From the NCBI GenBank assembly GCA_001872605.1, contig MNXM01000308.1:4653-61110 (forward strand): a DNA stretch of 56,458 nt. The letters are read 5' to 3'. The notes beneath the pieces were generated by a model. That model did not search any database. It was not told the DNA's origin and saw only the letters and a list, made by a program, of their open reading frames with translations. This DNA comes from Armatimonadetes bacterium CG2_30_59_28 (lineage in GTDB: Bacteria; Armatimonadota; Abditibacteriia; CG2-30-59-28). This document shows, one piece after another, positions 1-9,947 of this stretch; within the stretch, counting starts at the first letter, position 1, and each line of letters begins with the position of its first letter. The position numbers and the translations under genes were made by a program.

Positions 1-354
1 GATGCACGGTTTGCGAAGGGAACAGTGGGTGGATGGGGGTAGGTGAGGCAGAACAGAGGTGCGAGGATTGCTGAGCAATGCCGCGTCAGCGCGCTGGGGG
101 CGTGGTGGGGCGCGCCGCAAACAGAGGGAGGCTGCAGTATTGTTTCGGTGCAGCAGGAATGGAGTTATTAGACCAGCCGTCCCGAGGTGTCGGGACGGGC
201 GGGGTGGCGACGAGTGCGCGAAACTGCTGGGGCTCCAGCTTTGTCAGTGGACATCAGGGAAAAACTCCCGCAGTCCGCATATTTCCATCGGGATATTGGC
301 GCAAGGAAGGTTTCCGGGGGATGGACTTCCGTTCCCCCGCCGTGCCGATGTCGC

Positions 355-1689
355 TCACCCATGCTGCAAGAAATGCCAGCCACCAAGGCCGGGCGGGTCG
401 CCCGGATCGTCCTTGAGCAACTCCTTGTGGTTGTCGGCGACCTTGCGGAACGCTGCGGCGTGTTCCTCGATGATCGCTGGGCGGTAGTGCTTGAACCAGG
501 GGATGGAGTAGGTTCGTGCGGCAATCCCTTCGCTCACCGGCAGGCTGCCGGGGGGTTGTCTCAGGTCTCGATCCGTGAAGGCGATTCTCGTCGGCTTCCC
601 GTGGCCATAAACGTCGAAGGTGTTGAACAGCGGATGCAGGTGCAAAGGCTTGTTGACACCGGGACCACACGGCGTTCCTTCGGCAGCGACCGCCTGGGAA
701 AAGCGCGTCACCGACAGCCCACCCAGTTCTTCGGGCCGGTACAGCCCGCGCGCAGCATACCAGCCGCCCATGGTGCTCTTCGAGCGCTTCGCAGGTCGGT
801 GCGCCTTGAGACCGGGGACACCTTCCAGCAGATCCCAGAAGTAATTCATCGCCTTCTGGATTTCAGCGATCCGCTCATCATAGTGCTTGAGCTGCACGCG
901 ACCGACCGCGGAGCTCATCTGGTGCATTCGGTATTTATGGCCACCCAGTGGAAGCCCGGCGAGAGGCTGAAGGTATTTCGTGTTGATGTTATCACCGAAG
1001 CGACCGTAATGTCCCCAGGCGATGGCGCGCTCGTAGACTTCTCGATCGTTTGTGGTCAGCATGCCTCCTTCACCAACGGCAAGAGACTTCCCCGACATCA
1101 GCGACATGGCCGCGACGTGGCCCATAGTTCCCACCTTGCAGCCTTTGTAGCGTCCTCCCTGAGCATGAGAAACGTCCTCGATCACCTTCAGATTGTGTTT
1201 GTCGGCTATCTTCGTGATGCGATCCATGTCGCACGGGTAGCCCACGTAGTGAACGACAACGATGGCCTTTGTGTGATCGGTAATGCGGCGCTCGATATCC
1301 TTCGGATCGATACAGAGCGTGTTAGGATCGACCTCGGCAAAGACAACCGTTGCGCCGAGAGAAAAACAAGGCAAGCAGGAGGCCCAGTAGGTGACACTGG
1401 GGCAGATGATCTCGTCCCCCACGCCCACCTTCAGCCCAAACATGGCCGCCTGCAGAGCGGCAGTGCCGGTGCTGTGGGCCAGCGCGTATTCTGCCTCCTG
1501 CCACGCCGCAAATTCCCTCTCAAATTGCAGTGTGACGTCCCATCCCGACATCGCGCCTCGACGAAGGACTCCCACAACGGCTTCTTCGTCCTCAGGCGTA
1601 ATGATCGGCCAACTGAACATGTCACCGGGGTCGGTTTGTACCGCCTTCGGGCCCCCATTGATTGCCAGCTTTGACTTCTTCTTTGCCAA
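355..1689 (-). CDS. DegT/DnrJ/EryC1/StrS family PLP-dependent aminotransferase
   Basis: 444 aa; STGTAAL, GDEII, IEDVSHAQG and SLMSGKSL (PLP lysine) motifs; typical KLAINGGPK N-terminus; TTG start after GGGGAGG RBS. Confidence 0.92.
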   Translation of the reverse strand: MAKKKSKLAINGGPKAVQTDPGDMFSWPIITPEDEEAVVGVLRRGAMSGWDVTLQFEREFAAWQEAEYALAHSTGTAALQAAMFGLKVGVGDEIICPSVTYWASCLPCFSLGATVVFAEVDPNTLCIDPKDIERRITDHTKAIVVVHYVGYPCDMDRITKIADKHNLKVIEDVSHAQGGRYKGCKVGTMGHVAAMSLMSGKSLAVGEGGMLTTNDREVYERAIAWGHYGRFGDNINTKYLQPLAGLPLGGHKYRMHQMSSAVGRVQLKHYDERIAEIQKAMNYFWDLLEGVPGLKAHRPAKRSKSTMGGWYAARGLYRPEELGGLSVTRFSQAVAAEGTPCGPGVNKPLHLHPLFNTFDVYGHGKPTRIAFTDRDLRQPPGSLPVSEGIAARTYSIPWFKHYRPAIIEEHAAAFRKVADNHKELLKDDPGDPPGLGGWHFLQHG

Positions 1690-1769
1690 TGTCTGCTTCC
1701 TCCCCGTCTGGGAAATAGCGCCACAGATCCGTCTGATGTGACTGGAGCATTACGCTCGGCACAACAGGC

Positions 1770-1798
1770 AGAATAGTGTCTCTTTCTGCGGTTGTCAA
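1770..1798 (-). promoter_or_regulatory. sigma70-type promoter for the aminotransferase gene
   Basis: Minus strand TTGACA-17 bp-TATTCT about 80 bp upstream of the start. Confidence 0.6.
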
Positions 1799-2088
1799 GC
1801 GAGGTTGGATTGTGGGTACTCAGGTTTCAGCATAAGGTCTCAACTATGGAAACCGATATCGGTATTCAGTCATCCAGTCCCTACTGGATACCCAAGCATC
1901 TGGCTCTCGATGGTCCTAAGTAAATCATCAAATATATTGTCCCCCCCAAAAAACGCAATGCCTGCAAAGATTTGCCTTCATTTTCGTGTTCTCCGTGATC
2001 TCTGTGGTGAGAAAATGGGGACAGAATTCATGACGATCTACTTATGCCGCCGATGCTGAGATTTCTATGAAGTGCGCGAGACCGGGCT

Positions 2089-2119
2089 TTGACGGCAGTT
2101 GTCCAAGTTGTGCTATAAT
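2089..2119 (+). promoter_or_regulatory. extended -10 promoter for the hemolysin/DUF502 operon
   Basis: TGCTATAAT at 2111-2119; TTGACG upstream with a 19-bp spacer. Confidence 0.55.
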
Positions 2120-2241
2120 TTCCGATGAATTGTCAGAGGGTGGTGTTTACTCAGTTTTGCTGTCTCGTTGTGTGTCGATCCAGATATTCCGGGGAGTTGC
2201 GTATTGCCCCGGTTCCTTGGCGAACGGGAAGGGATGCTCGA

Positions 2242-3543
2242 TTGCCCTCTGATCCCGACTCCAACTTACAGACCGACGTTCTGACGATCATCGCCATCCT
2301 GCTGGCCCTGACAGCAGTTCTCGCAGCGACCCAAATCGGGCTGCTGACGATGGGTAGAGCGCGAGCCCGAGAGCTGGATGATGACGGATCACGCGCTGGA
2401 AGACTTGCCCTTCGCTTGCTCAATGATCGCGCTCGAACCCTCGTCACCGTTCTTCTGTGCATCACGTCGCTCCTGTTTACTGCAGAAGCTCTGGCCACCT
2501 GTGCGACTCTTCACTGGCGCTGGGGTATCGTTTTTCCCCTCATCGTTGTCCCGCTGGTTGTTGTACTTTTTGCCACCGTAGTCCCCATCCTCTATGCGTC
2601 ACAGGAACCGGAAAAGGTATCCCTGCAAACGGCTCCTCTCCTGTACGCCATATGGATCATTCTTGCGCCAGTGACCGCCTGTATTGATTGGACGGCGCGA
2701 CGCCTGGTGCGATCAGTCGGCGGAGGACCACACGTGGACGAATCCACGATGACCGAGGATGAAATTAAGACTGCCATCGATGAGGCAGAAGAAGTGGGTC
2801 TGATCGAGGCGCAGGAACGGGAGATGCTGCACGGCGCTCTGGAATTCTCCGAAAAAACTGTAAGAGAGGTGATGGTCCCGCGAAGTGAGATCGTGGGGGT
2901 TCCCGCCACAGCGACACTTCAGGAAGTGATGCAGATCATTGCTCAGGAGAAGCATTCACGCATCCCCGTATACCGCGCGACCCTCGACGATATTTGCGGA
3001 GTCATCTACGCGAAGGACATACTCAAGCACATCCGTCTCAGGCAAATGTCATTGGCAGCAGAGCAGGTTGCGCGTCCGCCGTTCTCCATCCCGGAGATGA
3101 AACGGGTGGACGCTCTGTTCGAAGAATTGCAGCAGAAACATCGTCTAATGGCCATTGTCGTGGGAGTGGATGGAGGCACTGCCGGTCTGGTCACCGTCGA
3201 AGACCTTCTCGAAGAGATTGTAGGAGATATCCTCGACGAACACGACGAGGCGGAGCAGGAATGGGAGCAAATCGACGAGAATACATGGCTGGTGGATGCT
3301 GGCATGTGCCTTCGGAAGGTCAACCGGCTATTGGGCATCCATCTGCCCGGGAATGGATACCAGACGCTGGCCGGACTGATACTGGAGCACACAGGGCACC
3401 TGCCCAGTGCAGGACAAGAGATCGCCGTGGGAAACGCGCGCGTTGTCGTCGATGAAACAGACGGACAGAGGATCGCCAGGGCGCGACTGGTGAGAACGGT
3501 GGAGTACCACTCTGATCCGGACGAGAGGGAGTCAGGGAAGTAG
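2242..3543 (+). CDS. Hemolysin/CNNM (DUF21)-CBS pair-CorC family Mg2+/Co2+ transport protein, copy 1
   Basis: N-terminal TM region, VREVMVPR, HSRIPVY, GLVTVEDLLEEIVG, C-terminal CorC_HlyC domain; start moved to TTG 2242 after GGGAAGGGA. Confidence 0.9.
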   Translation: MPSDPDSNLQTDVLTIIAILLALTAVLAATQIGLLTMGRARARELDDDGSRAGRLALRLLNDRARTLVTVLLCITSLLFTAEALATCATLHWRWGIVFPLIVVPLVVVLFATVVPILYASQEPEKVSLQTAPLLYAIWIILAPVTACIDWTARRLVRSVGGGPHVDESTMTEDEIKTAIDEAEEVGLIEAQEREMLHGALEFSEKTVREVMVPRSEIVGVPATATLQEVMQIIAQEKHSRIPVYRATLDDICGVIYAKDILKHIRLRQMSLAAEQVARPPFSIPEMKRVDALFEELQQKHRLMAIVVGVDGGTAGLVTVEDLLEEIVGDILDEHDEAEQEWEQIDENTWLVDAGMCLRKVNRLLGIHLPGNGYQTLAGLILEHTGHLPSAGQEIAVGNARVVVDETDGQRIARARLVRTVEYHSDPDERESGK

Positions 3544-3545
3544 AG

Positions 3546-4853
3546 ATGCAAAACAACACGATTGCAGTCCTGCTGCACGCGCTTGGCATCTTCGTCTGTC
3601 TGCTGGGCATCGCCTTCTTCAGCGTCTGTGAGGTCGCGCTGGAGTCGGTGAACAAGATCCGATTGAGAGGTTTGGCGGAACCCGCGTGCGCCGATGCCGA
3701 TGAGATCGCTACGGCACATCACCTCGCGCGCGAGTCACAACCATACCTCGCTGCTGTGGTCGTGGGGACGAACCTTCCGATTCTCCTCGCGGCAATGCTG
3801 ATCACTCATCTCGTCGATCATGTCTTCCGCCGACCAGACCTTCTCCCGTGGTGCATTGTGGGAGCAGTGTTGACTATCGTCACGCTCTTTGAGCTGGCCC
3901 CAAGAATCTACACAACCCACAACGCGGAACGCGTCACTCTCCGTCTGGGACGATTCGTGCGATTTACGCTGGGGATGTTCCGCCCGATGGCACGGTGCAT
4001 CATTTCGGTGGGGAATGGACTGTTGCAGATTCTCGGAGCTCGGCCGGGCGTGTTGCACGACACTGTCTCAGAAGAGCAACTGAAGGACCTCGTGGTGCAG
4101 GGGGAGGAGGAGGGTGTGTTGCAACGCCCTGAAACCCGCCTCATGGAGAACATTTTCGGCTTCCGCGAAACCCTGGCGCGCGAGGTGATGGTGCCGCGTC
4201 CCGACATCGTGTGCCTGCCGACGACGGCTTCCCTCGAGGATGCACTGGAGACGATCGAGACGACCGGGCTGTCGCGGATTCCCCTCTTTGTTGACACTTC
4301 AGACAACATTGCGGGGGTCGTCTATGTCAAAGACCTTGTTGTCGAGTTCCTTTCCGATGCGTGTCCACGATCTCTCCGGGAATTGGCACACTCCGTTGTG
4401 TTTGTTCCGGAAACAAAGAAGGCCGACGACCTGTTCCGGGAGATGCGAAGCCAACGCACACAACTCGCCATCGTTGTAGATGAACACGGTGGCACCGCCG
4501 GTCTCGTGACGATCGAGGACCTCGTGGAGGAGATCGTCGGTGAAATTGTTGACGAGCACGACCAGGAGGAAAGCAAGGTCCGACAAGTTTCCGGGAACGA
4601 ATTCATCGTGGACGCAAGCATTGATATCCATGACTTGGAGAGTGAACTCGGTATTGACCTGCCCGAAGGCGACTTCGACACGCTGGGGGGATTCATCTAC
4701 GACCAGATTGACCGAGTCCCGTCCACCGGGGAAACGGTCGATACGGACGACGCCCGTTTCGTAGTCCAGCAGGTGCGACGCAACCGTATTCTCCGAGTCA
4801 AACTGATACGCCGGGATTCGCAAAATGAGCAAGGGAGAACGAGCAGAGATTGA
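3546..4853 (+). CDS. Hemolysin/CNNM (DUF21)-CBS pair-CorC family protein, copy 2
   Basis: [52 protein letters not shown]. Confidence 0.92.
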   Translation: MQNNTIAVLLHALGIFVCLLGIAFFSVCEVALESVNKIRLRGLAEPACADADEIATAHHLARESQPYLAAVVVGTNLPILLAAMLITHLVDHVFRRPDLLPWCIVGAVLTIVTLFELAPRIYTTHNAERVTLRLGRFVRFTLGMFRPMARCIISVGNGLLQILGARPGVLHDTVSEEQLKDLVVQGEEEGVLQRPETRLMENIFGFRETLAREVMVPRPDIVCLPTTASLEDALETIETTGLSRIPLFVDTSDNIAGVVYVKDLVVEFLSDACPRSLRELAHSVVFVPETKKADDLFREMRSQRTQLAIVVDEHGGTAGLVTIEDLVEEIVGEIVDEHDQEESKVRQVSGNEFIVDASIDIHDLESELGIDLPEGDFDTLGGFIYDQIDRVPSTGETVDTDDARFVVQQVRRNRILRVKLIRRDSQNEQGRTSRD

Positions 4854-5536
4854 AACTGGGAAAACTGAAGAGATACTTTATCGCAGGCGTGTTGGTTCTA
4901 GTGCCATTGGTGGTCACTGTCTACGTCTTTATGGTCGCCTTCACATTCCTGCAACATACCGTCGGGAGGCATGTTGATTCCCTCATTCAGCATCTCTTCC
5001 GCGTTCGCGTACAGGGGATCGGGGTGGCGGCAAGTGTCCTCACCATATTGCTTGTGGGTGTGCTGACATCCACCGTTATCGGCAGCCGGCTATTTCGGTA
5101 TGGTGAACGCATCTTCAGCAGAATTCCCGTGGCTCGAGCGATCTACCCCTCCGCCAAGCAGATCATCGAGTTTCTCCTGTCACCGAAGGACCCTCGGTTC
5201 CGCAAAGCGGTCGCCATTCCCTACCCTGTGCGGGGAGAGTACGCTATCGGTTTCCAGACGGGAGTGGCGCCTCCGGAAGTCGGAGAGGCTGTCGGCACGC
5301 GGATGGTCACGGTTTTTGTTCCCACTAGTCCGTCTCCCATTACCGGCTTCACCATTCTGGTACCTTTAGACGCAGTGATCCCTCTGGACATGAGTATCGA
5401 AGAGGCGTTAAAATTCATCGTTTCCGCAGGGGTGCTGGTGACCGAGAACAGAAACGCCGTAAGCGCTGTCCCGACCGCGTCCATTTCCCGCGACGACGTT
5501 TGTACGGAATCAAGCACTGATACTCGTTACGGATGA
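4850..5536 (+). CDS. DUF502 domain membrane protein
   Basis: KRYFIAGVLVLVP, RIPVARAIY, FVPTSPSPITGF, DMSIEEALKFIVSAG; 4-bp overlap with the upstream gene. Confidence 0.9.
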   Translation: MKLGKLKRYFIAGVLVLVPLVVTVYVFMVAFTFLQHTVGRHVDSLIQHLFRVRVQGIGVAASVLTILLVGVLTSTVIGSRLFRYGERIFSRIPVARAIYPSAKQIIEFLLSPKDPRFRKAVAIPYPVRGEYAIGFQTGVAPPEVGEAVGTRMVTVFVPTSPSPITGFTILVPLDAVIPLDMSIEEALKFIVSAGVLVTENRNAVSAVPTASISRDDVCTESSTDTRYG

Positions 5537-5548
5537 AAATCCATCTTT

Positions 5549-5599
5549 CCCCCTCACCCTGCCCTTTCCCCATCGGGGGAGAGGGTCGGGGTGAGGGGG
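5549..5599. repeat. Palindromic REP-like element (CCCTCACCC...GGGTGAGGG type)
   Basis: ccccctcaccctgccctttcccc-atc-gggggagagggtcggggtgaggggg, a near-perfect 51-bp hairpin just after the DUF502 stop. Confidence 0.7.
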
Positions 5600-5739
5600 T
5601 GTTTTCACCCGTAACAAGTATAGACGCGACAGGAGCGCGGGGAAAAAGAGAATTCGCAAACCAAGGAATGTCGTGGAGACCGCCCCCTGCCTACATTCGT
5701 CACGTTGCGGGCCCACTCCAACGGAAGGGAGATTGCGGA

Positions 5740-6690
5740 TTGGCTGTAAAAGTCAAAATCAAGAAGAAAACTCCTACCTTGACCCCGGATGACTTTGCGG
5801 TGCCGGGGGATCGTAGCGCCCGCCAGATGGCTTACTTGTCATTCGTGGTGGTATCACTCATACTGATCGGCATTGCTTCATCGTTCGGATTCAGGGACAA
5901 GAATCCGAGCTGGATTCCCGCAATCGCGGTGACGGTCTGGGTCATTGTTCCCTGGTGGATTTTTTACATACTGCTGCCGCGCCGCTACCGCAGCCGGATT
6001 GGTCTGAAGAACCGGGCAATGCCCACGCACCACCCTGAGATCCGCGACCTGGTCTCACGGCAGGCTCGCATGCTCGGAGTCAAGGAACCCGAGGTGTTTG
6101 TCATCGATGACGAAGTTGGATGGATAAAGACCTTCAGCGCCGGTCGCCCATACATCGTTGTAACCAAACCTATCATTGAGTTGCTCAAGCCAGCGGAGTT
6201 TGCCTGTGCCGTTCTCCGCGAGTTGGGGAAAATCAAGAGTGGGCACGTGCGGGCATTCTCCCTGCTTCACTTCATGGGCAGCACCCCTCGCTTCCTGCGT
6301 GGCATCTTCTGCATGCCCGTGTGGTTTCTCCACTTGCTGCTCTGGCAGAATTGGGAAGACGAAGCAGAGGAGACGCTGGATCGACTCCTGCTCATCTATA
6401 CGCGCAACGCGCGTCTATGCGCGTCAACGATATTGAAGATGGAGGTCGAGCGCGACCCGGTGGTCAACATCTCCCCCGACGAGGTGGAGGACTACCTGAG
6501 GCAGCACGACCCTCTACAGGCCACATCGCTTCAGGTTAGCGCTCATTTCAAGATGGGGACGACCATCCACGACAAGCCGGAACTAAATGAACGTCTCAAG
6601 TCGTTCGTGGTCTTTACGCAGTCGGATGACTACAAGAACCTGGTGCAGAAGCTGAAAGAGGTCGTCGAATCCCAGAAACCGAGAAAGTGA
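5740..6690 (+). CDS. M48 (HtpX/Ste24-like) family membrane protein with degenerate zinc motif
   Basis: Two N-terminal TMs, PEVFVI, EFACAVLRELGKIKSGH in place of ELxAVLAHELGHIK, HxxPELxERL-like tail; TTG start after GGAAGGGAG. Confidence 0.75.
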   Translation: MAVKVKIKKKTPTLTPDDFAVPGDRSARQMAYLSFVVVSLILIGIASSFGFRDKNPSWIPAIAVTVWVIVPWWIFYILLPRRYRSRIGLKNRAMPTHHPEIRDLVSRQARMLGVKEPEVFVIDDEVGWIKTFSAGRPYIVVTKPIIELLKPAEFACAVLRELGKIKSGHVRAFSLLHFMGSTPRFLRGIFCMPVWFLHLLLWQNWEDEAEETLDRLLLIYTRNARLCASTILKMEVERDPVVNISPDEVEDYLRQHDPLQATSLQVSAHFKMGTTIHDKPELNERLKSFVVFTQSDDYKNLVQKLKEVVESQKPRK

Positions 6691-6764
6691 AGCGGGGAGA
6701 GGGTCGGCCTCTGTGGGTTCTCCGTAAGAATCTATCCGACGGGTCGGCTTCCGGCGACGGCTAT

Positions 6765-7850
6765 TTACTCGGACTCGGGATAGGATCCGAGAGTTTTGAC
6801 AAACGGGCATTGAGATCGCAAAGCATCGAGGACGCGCGCCACCGGCGCGTCCTCCTCGTGGCCTTGGAAATCGATGAAGAAGAGGTATTCCCACGGCATC
6901 ACGCGGGTCGGTCGGGATTGGATCATAGTCATATTGACGTCTTCTGCGTCCAGGTACCCAATCGCTCTGTGAAGGGCCCCGGGTTGGTGAGGGACGGAGA
7001 GAACAATAGATGTCTTATCCCTGCCCGTTGGACGGTTCACGATTTTCCCGATCACCAGGAACCGCGTGCGATTGTTGGTGTTGTCCTCAATATGTTCCTG
7101 CAATATGTCAAGCTCGTACACCTGGGAAGCGAGATCGGTACCGATGGCAGCAGCTCCCTCTTCGGTTTTGGCGAGTTCGGCCCCGCGGGCGGTGCTGCTA
7201 ACGGAGTGCACGGGAACGTGAGGCAAATGCTTCGAGAGCCACACCTGGCATTGTCCGGGGACATGTGGGTGGGAGTATATCTTCGTGATGCACTCCAGCG
7301 GGTACCTTGACAGCAGGCAGAGATGGATGGGGAGGTAGGTTTCAGCGCAGATTCTGAGCTGAGTCGTGACGAAGTTGTCGAGGGAACTGGTCACTGCTCC
7401 TTCCGTTGAGTTCTCGATGGGCACCACGCCAAAGTCGGCCTTGTCCTGCTCAACTTGCGCGAACACGTCAGGAATCGTTGAGAGCGGTTCCATGGTAACC
7501 GATGAGCCGAAATGTTTCTGGCAGGCCACCTGGGTAAAGGATGCGTCCGGGCCGAGGAATGCGACGCGGTGTTGTCTCTCCAGTGAACGACAGGCAGCAA
7601 TGATCTCTCGGTAGATGTCCTTCAGGTGCTTGGGCATCAGAGGTCCCTGATTGTGAGAAAAAACGCGGTCCAGAACTGCTACCTCTCTTGCCGGGGAGTA
7701 ACACTCGTGACCCTTTTCCGACTTGAGGTTGCCGATTGCCTTTGCGTGCTTGGCGCGCGTGTTCAGAAGCTCAACGATCTCATGATCGACGGCGTCGATG
7801 GCATTGCGCTCCCTCAACATTTTTCCAGCCCAGTCCGTATCTGCATCCAT
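6765..7850 (-). CDS. pheA: Bifunctional chorismate mutase/prephenate dehydratase (P-protein)
   Basis: N-terminal CM_2 domain (RNAIDAVD), VAFLGP, GVVPIENSTEG, NRTRFLVIG, ACT domain with QSRP. Confidence 0.96.
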   Translation of the reverse strand: MDADTDWAGKMLRERNAIDAVDHEIVELLNTRAKHAKAIGNLKSEKGHECYSPAREVAVLDRVFSHNQGPLMPKHLKDIYREIIAACRSLERQHRVAFLGPDASFTQVACQKHFGSSVTMEPLSTIPDVFAQVEQDKADFGVVPIENSTEGAVTSSLDNFVTTQLRICAETYLPIHLCLLSRYPLECITKIYSHPHVPGQCQVWLSKHLPHVPVHSVSSTARGAELAKTEEGAAAIGTDLASQVYELDILQEHIEDNTNNRTRFLVIGKIVNRPTGRDKTSIVLSVPHQPGALHRAIGYLDAEDVNMTMIQSRPTRVMPWEYLFFIDFQGHEEDAPVARVLDALRSQCPFVKTLGSYPESE

Positions 7851-7922
7851 CTACAACCCTCCATGACGCCAGCGACCCATCATAGCATAACGGTCATGGA
7901 AATTCCATAAACGGGTGAACTC

Positions 7923-8771
7923 ATGGTTAACGAAGAATGGTACCCCCCCAGACGACGCTACTGGAAGGACGCAACTCAAAAGGAACAGGATATCCCCGGC
8001 GACCTGTGGGTGAAGTGCACCGACTGCGGAACCATGCTCTACCGGAAAGAATTCGAGAAGGAGCTGCGTGTCTGCCGCAAGTGTGGGTATCACTTCCGAC
8101 TGAACGCATGGGAACGAATCGCCATCACCGTGGACGAAGGAACCGTCATCGAGTATCACGACAATCTGGAGGCCGCCGATCCGCTGGACTTCCCGGACTA
8201 TAAGGACAAGGTGCGGAAGGCACAGGCAACGACCCTCCTCAAGGACGCCGCAGTGGTGGTGCAAGCGGAGATCGAGGGCTATCCTCTCGTCATGGCAGTG
8301 ACCGACTCGACGTTCATGATGGGCAGTATGAATTCGGTTGTGGGTGAGAAAATCACGCGCGCGATGGAGATGGGCATCGAGAAGCGCCTGCCGGTTCTCG
8401 CCATCTCCGGATCCGGAGGAGGCGCCAGAATGCATGAAGGTCTGCTTTCGCTTATGCAAATGGCCAAAACCTCCGGGGGAGCAGCGCGATTGCGCAAGTT
8501 CGGGATTCCGTATATTGTTCTCCTCACCAATCCTTCGATGGCTGGAGTTCAGGCGAGTTTTGCATCGCTGGGAGACGTCATCATCGCGGAGCCAGGGGCG
8601 CTGATTGGCTTCACCGGGCCGCGTGTTATTGAGCAGACCCTCAAAATCAAGCTGCCCCCCGACTTCCAGAGCTCCGAGTTCCAGTTGGCTCACGGCATGT
8701 TGGACGCTGTGGTTCCCAGGAGCGCCCTCCGCGCAACGCTGGCCCAGCTTCTGGAATTCTTCAACGGTTGA
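7923..8771 (+). CDS. accD: Acetyl-CoA carboxylase carboxyltransferase beta subunit
   Basis: LWVKC-x2-C...C-x2-C zinc ribbon, FMMGSMNSVVGEK, GGARMHEG, LMQMAKT, AEPGALIGFTGPRVI. Confidence 0.96.
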   Translation: MVNEEWYPPRRRYWKDATQKEQDIPGDLWVKCTDCGTMLYRKEFEKELRVCRKCGYHFRLNAWERIAITVDEGTVIEYHDNLEAADPLDFPDYKDKVRKAQATTLLKDAAVVVQAEIEGYPLVMAVTDSTFMMGSMNSVVGEKITRAMEMGIEKRLPVLAISGSGGGARMHEGLLSLMQMAKTSGGAARLRKFGIPYIVLLTNPSMAGVQASFASLGDVIIAEPGALIGFTGPRVIEQTLKIKLPPDFQSSEFQLAHGMLDAVVPRSALRATLAQLLEFFNG

Positions 8772-8797
8772 GATACAGCGGAAAGCGAGGAGAATCC

Positions 8798-9889
8798 ATG
8801 TTAAGTCGTTGGCTACCTATTGAAAAGCCGCTGGTCGAGATTGAGCAAAAGATCGAGGAACTCACTCGTCTCCAGGAAACGAAGGAGATCGACAGCAGCG
8901 TCAAGTTGAGCCAGCTCTGCAAAAAGCGGGATCGGCTGATCCCCGAGATCTTTTCCAAAATGACCCCCTGGGACAAGGTATTGATGGCGAGGCACCCGCA
9001 ACGACCCTACGCCCTCGATTACATCAACGCCATCTGCGGCAGCTACTTTGAGATGCACGGAGATCGGCGCTACGGCGATGATCCAGCAATTGTCTCCGGA
9101 CTCGGGCGTCTGGATGAACGGTCTGTGGCCATCATCGGGCATCAGAAAGGGCGAGACACGAAAGAGAGGCAGTTTCGCAACTTTGGCTCCGCCATGCCGG
9201 AAGGTTACCGCAAAGCGGTTCGGGTGATGCAGTTGGCGAACACCTTCGGGAAGCCCATCGTTTGCCTGGTCGACACCCCGGCCGCTGCCTGCCTGACGGA
9301 AGCAGAAGAACGCGGCATCAGCGAGGCCATCGCCCGGAGTCAGATGGAGATGTTCACTCTGCGGGTGCCGGTTATCGTCATCGTCATCGGAGAGGGCGGC
9401 AGCGGAGGCGCGATCGGCATCGCCGTTGGCAACCGGGTCTTCATGCTGGAATACGCCATCTATTCGGTGATTCCACCGGAGGGGTGCGCGTCCATCATCT
9501 GGAGGGACTCCAGCCGGGCAGCGGAGGCGGCGGCGGCTCTCAAGGTGACTGCCCAGGACGCGCTGCGATTCGGGATCGCCGACGAGATTATACCGGAACC
9601 TCCCGGCGGCGCACACAGAAACTTTGACACGATGGCGCTTACGCTGAAGACAAAGATCATTGCGACATTGGATGAGTTGGGGCAACTCTCCCCCGAGGAG
9701 TTGGAGGAATCGCGGTACCAGCGTTTTCGCAAGCTGGGTGTGTATCAGCAGACTGTCGAGAAGGCCGTCGTGACACAAACCACGGCGCCCGTGACTCCGC
9801 CCGACAATGGTTCAGGCCGCGCGCCCGAGGAGATCCTGGCGGAAGAGAGCGTGCCACCGGAACCACTTCCAGCATCCGCGGAAACCTGA
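8798..9889 (+). CDS. accA: Acetyl-CoA carboxylase carboxyltransferase alpha subunit
   Basis: ARHPQRP, HGDRRYGDD, GHQKGRDTK, PEGYRKA, AEERG, IGEGGSGGA, GGAHR; ATG after GAGGAG. Confidence 0.95.
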   Translation: MLSRWLPIEKPLVEIEQKIEELTRLQETKEIDSSVKLSQLCKKRDRLIPEIFSKMTPWDKVLMARHPQRPYALDYINAICGSYFEMHGDRRYGDDPAIVSGLGRLDERSVAIIGHQKGRDTKERQFRNFGSAMPEGYRKAVRVMQLANTFGKPIVCLVDTPAAACLTEAEERGISEAIARSQMEMFTLRVPVIVIVIGEGGSGGAIGIAVGNRVFMLEYAIYSVIPPEGCASIIWRDSSRAAEAAAALKVTAQDALRFGIADEIIPEPPGGAHRNFDTMALTLKTKIIATLDELGQLSPEELEESRYQRFRKLGVYQQTVEKAVVTQTTAPVTPPDNGSGRAPEEILAEESVPPEPLPASAET

Positions 9890-9947
9890 GCCTTCCGCGG
9901 AATTCCTGCTACCACGCACAATTCAGCATACAGGAGGTTACACTTTG

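Noticed and set aside
187-1674. 495-aa plus-strand ORF, and similar long antisense ORFs (19211-20518, 30536-31741, 8813-9778, 52035-53138, 49598-50581)
   Set aside because: They lie opposite well-supported genes, have no recognisable motifs, and are expected shadows in GC-rich DNA
1800-2060. AT-richer intergenic patch with an 84-aa ORF and a ttcgtgttctccgtgatctctgtggtga-type motif
   Set aside because: No convincing start, RBS or motif; at most a repeat remnant that I cannot support
2269-2285. 17-bp match (CAGACCGACGTTCTGAC) to the reverse strand of the hairpin upstream of murC
   Set aside because: One 17-mer match in a window of this size is compatible with chance, and this copy is inside a CDS
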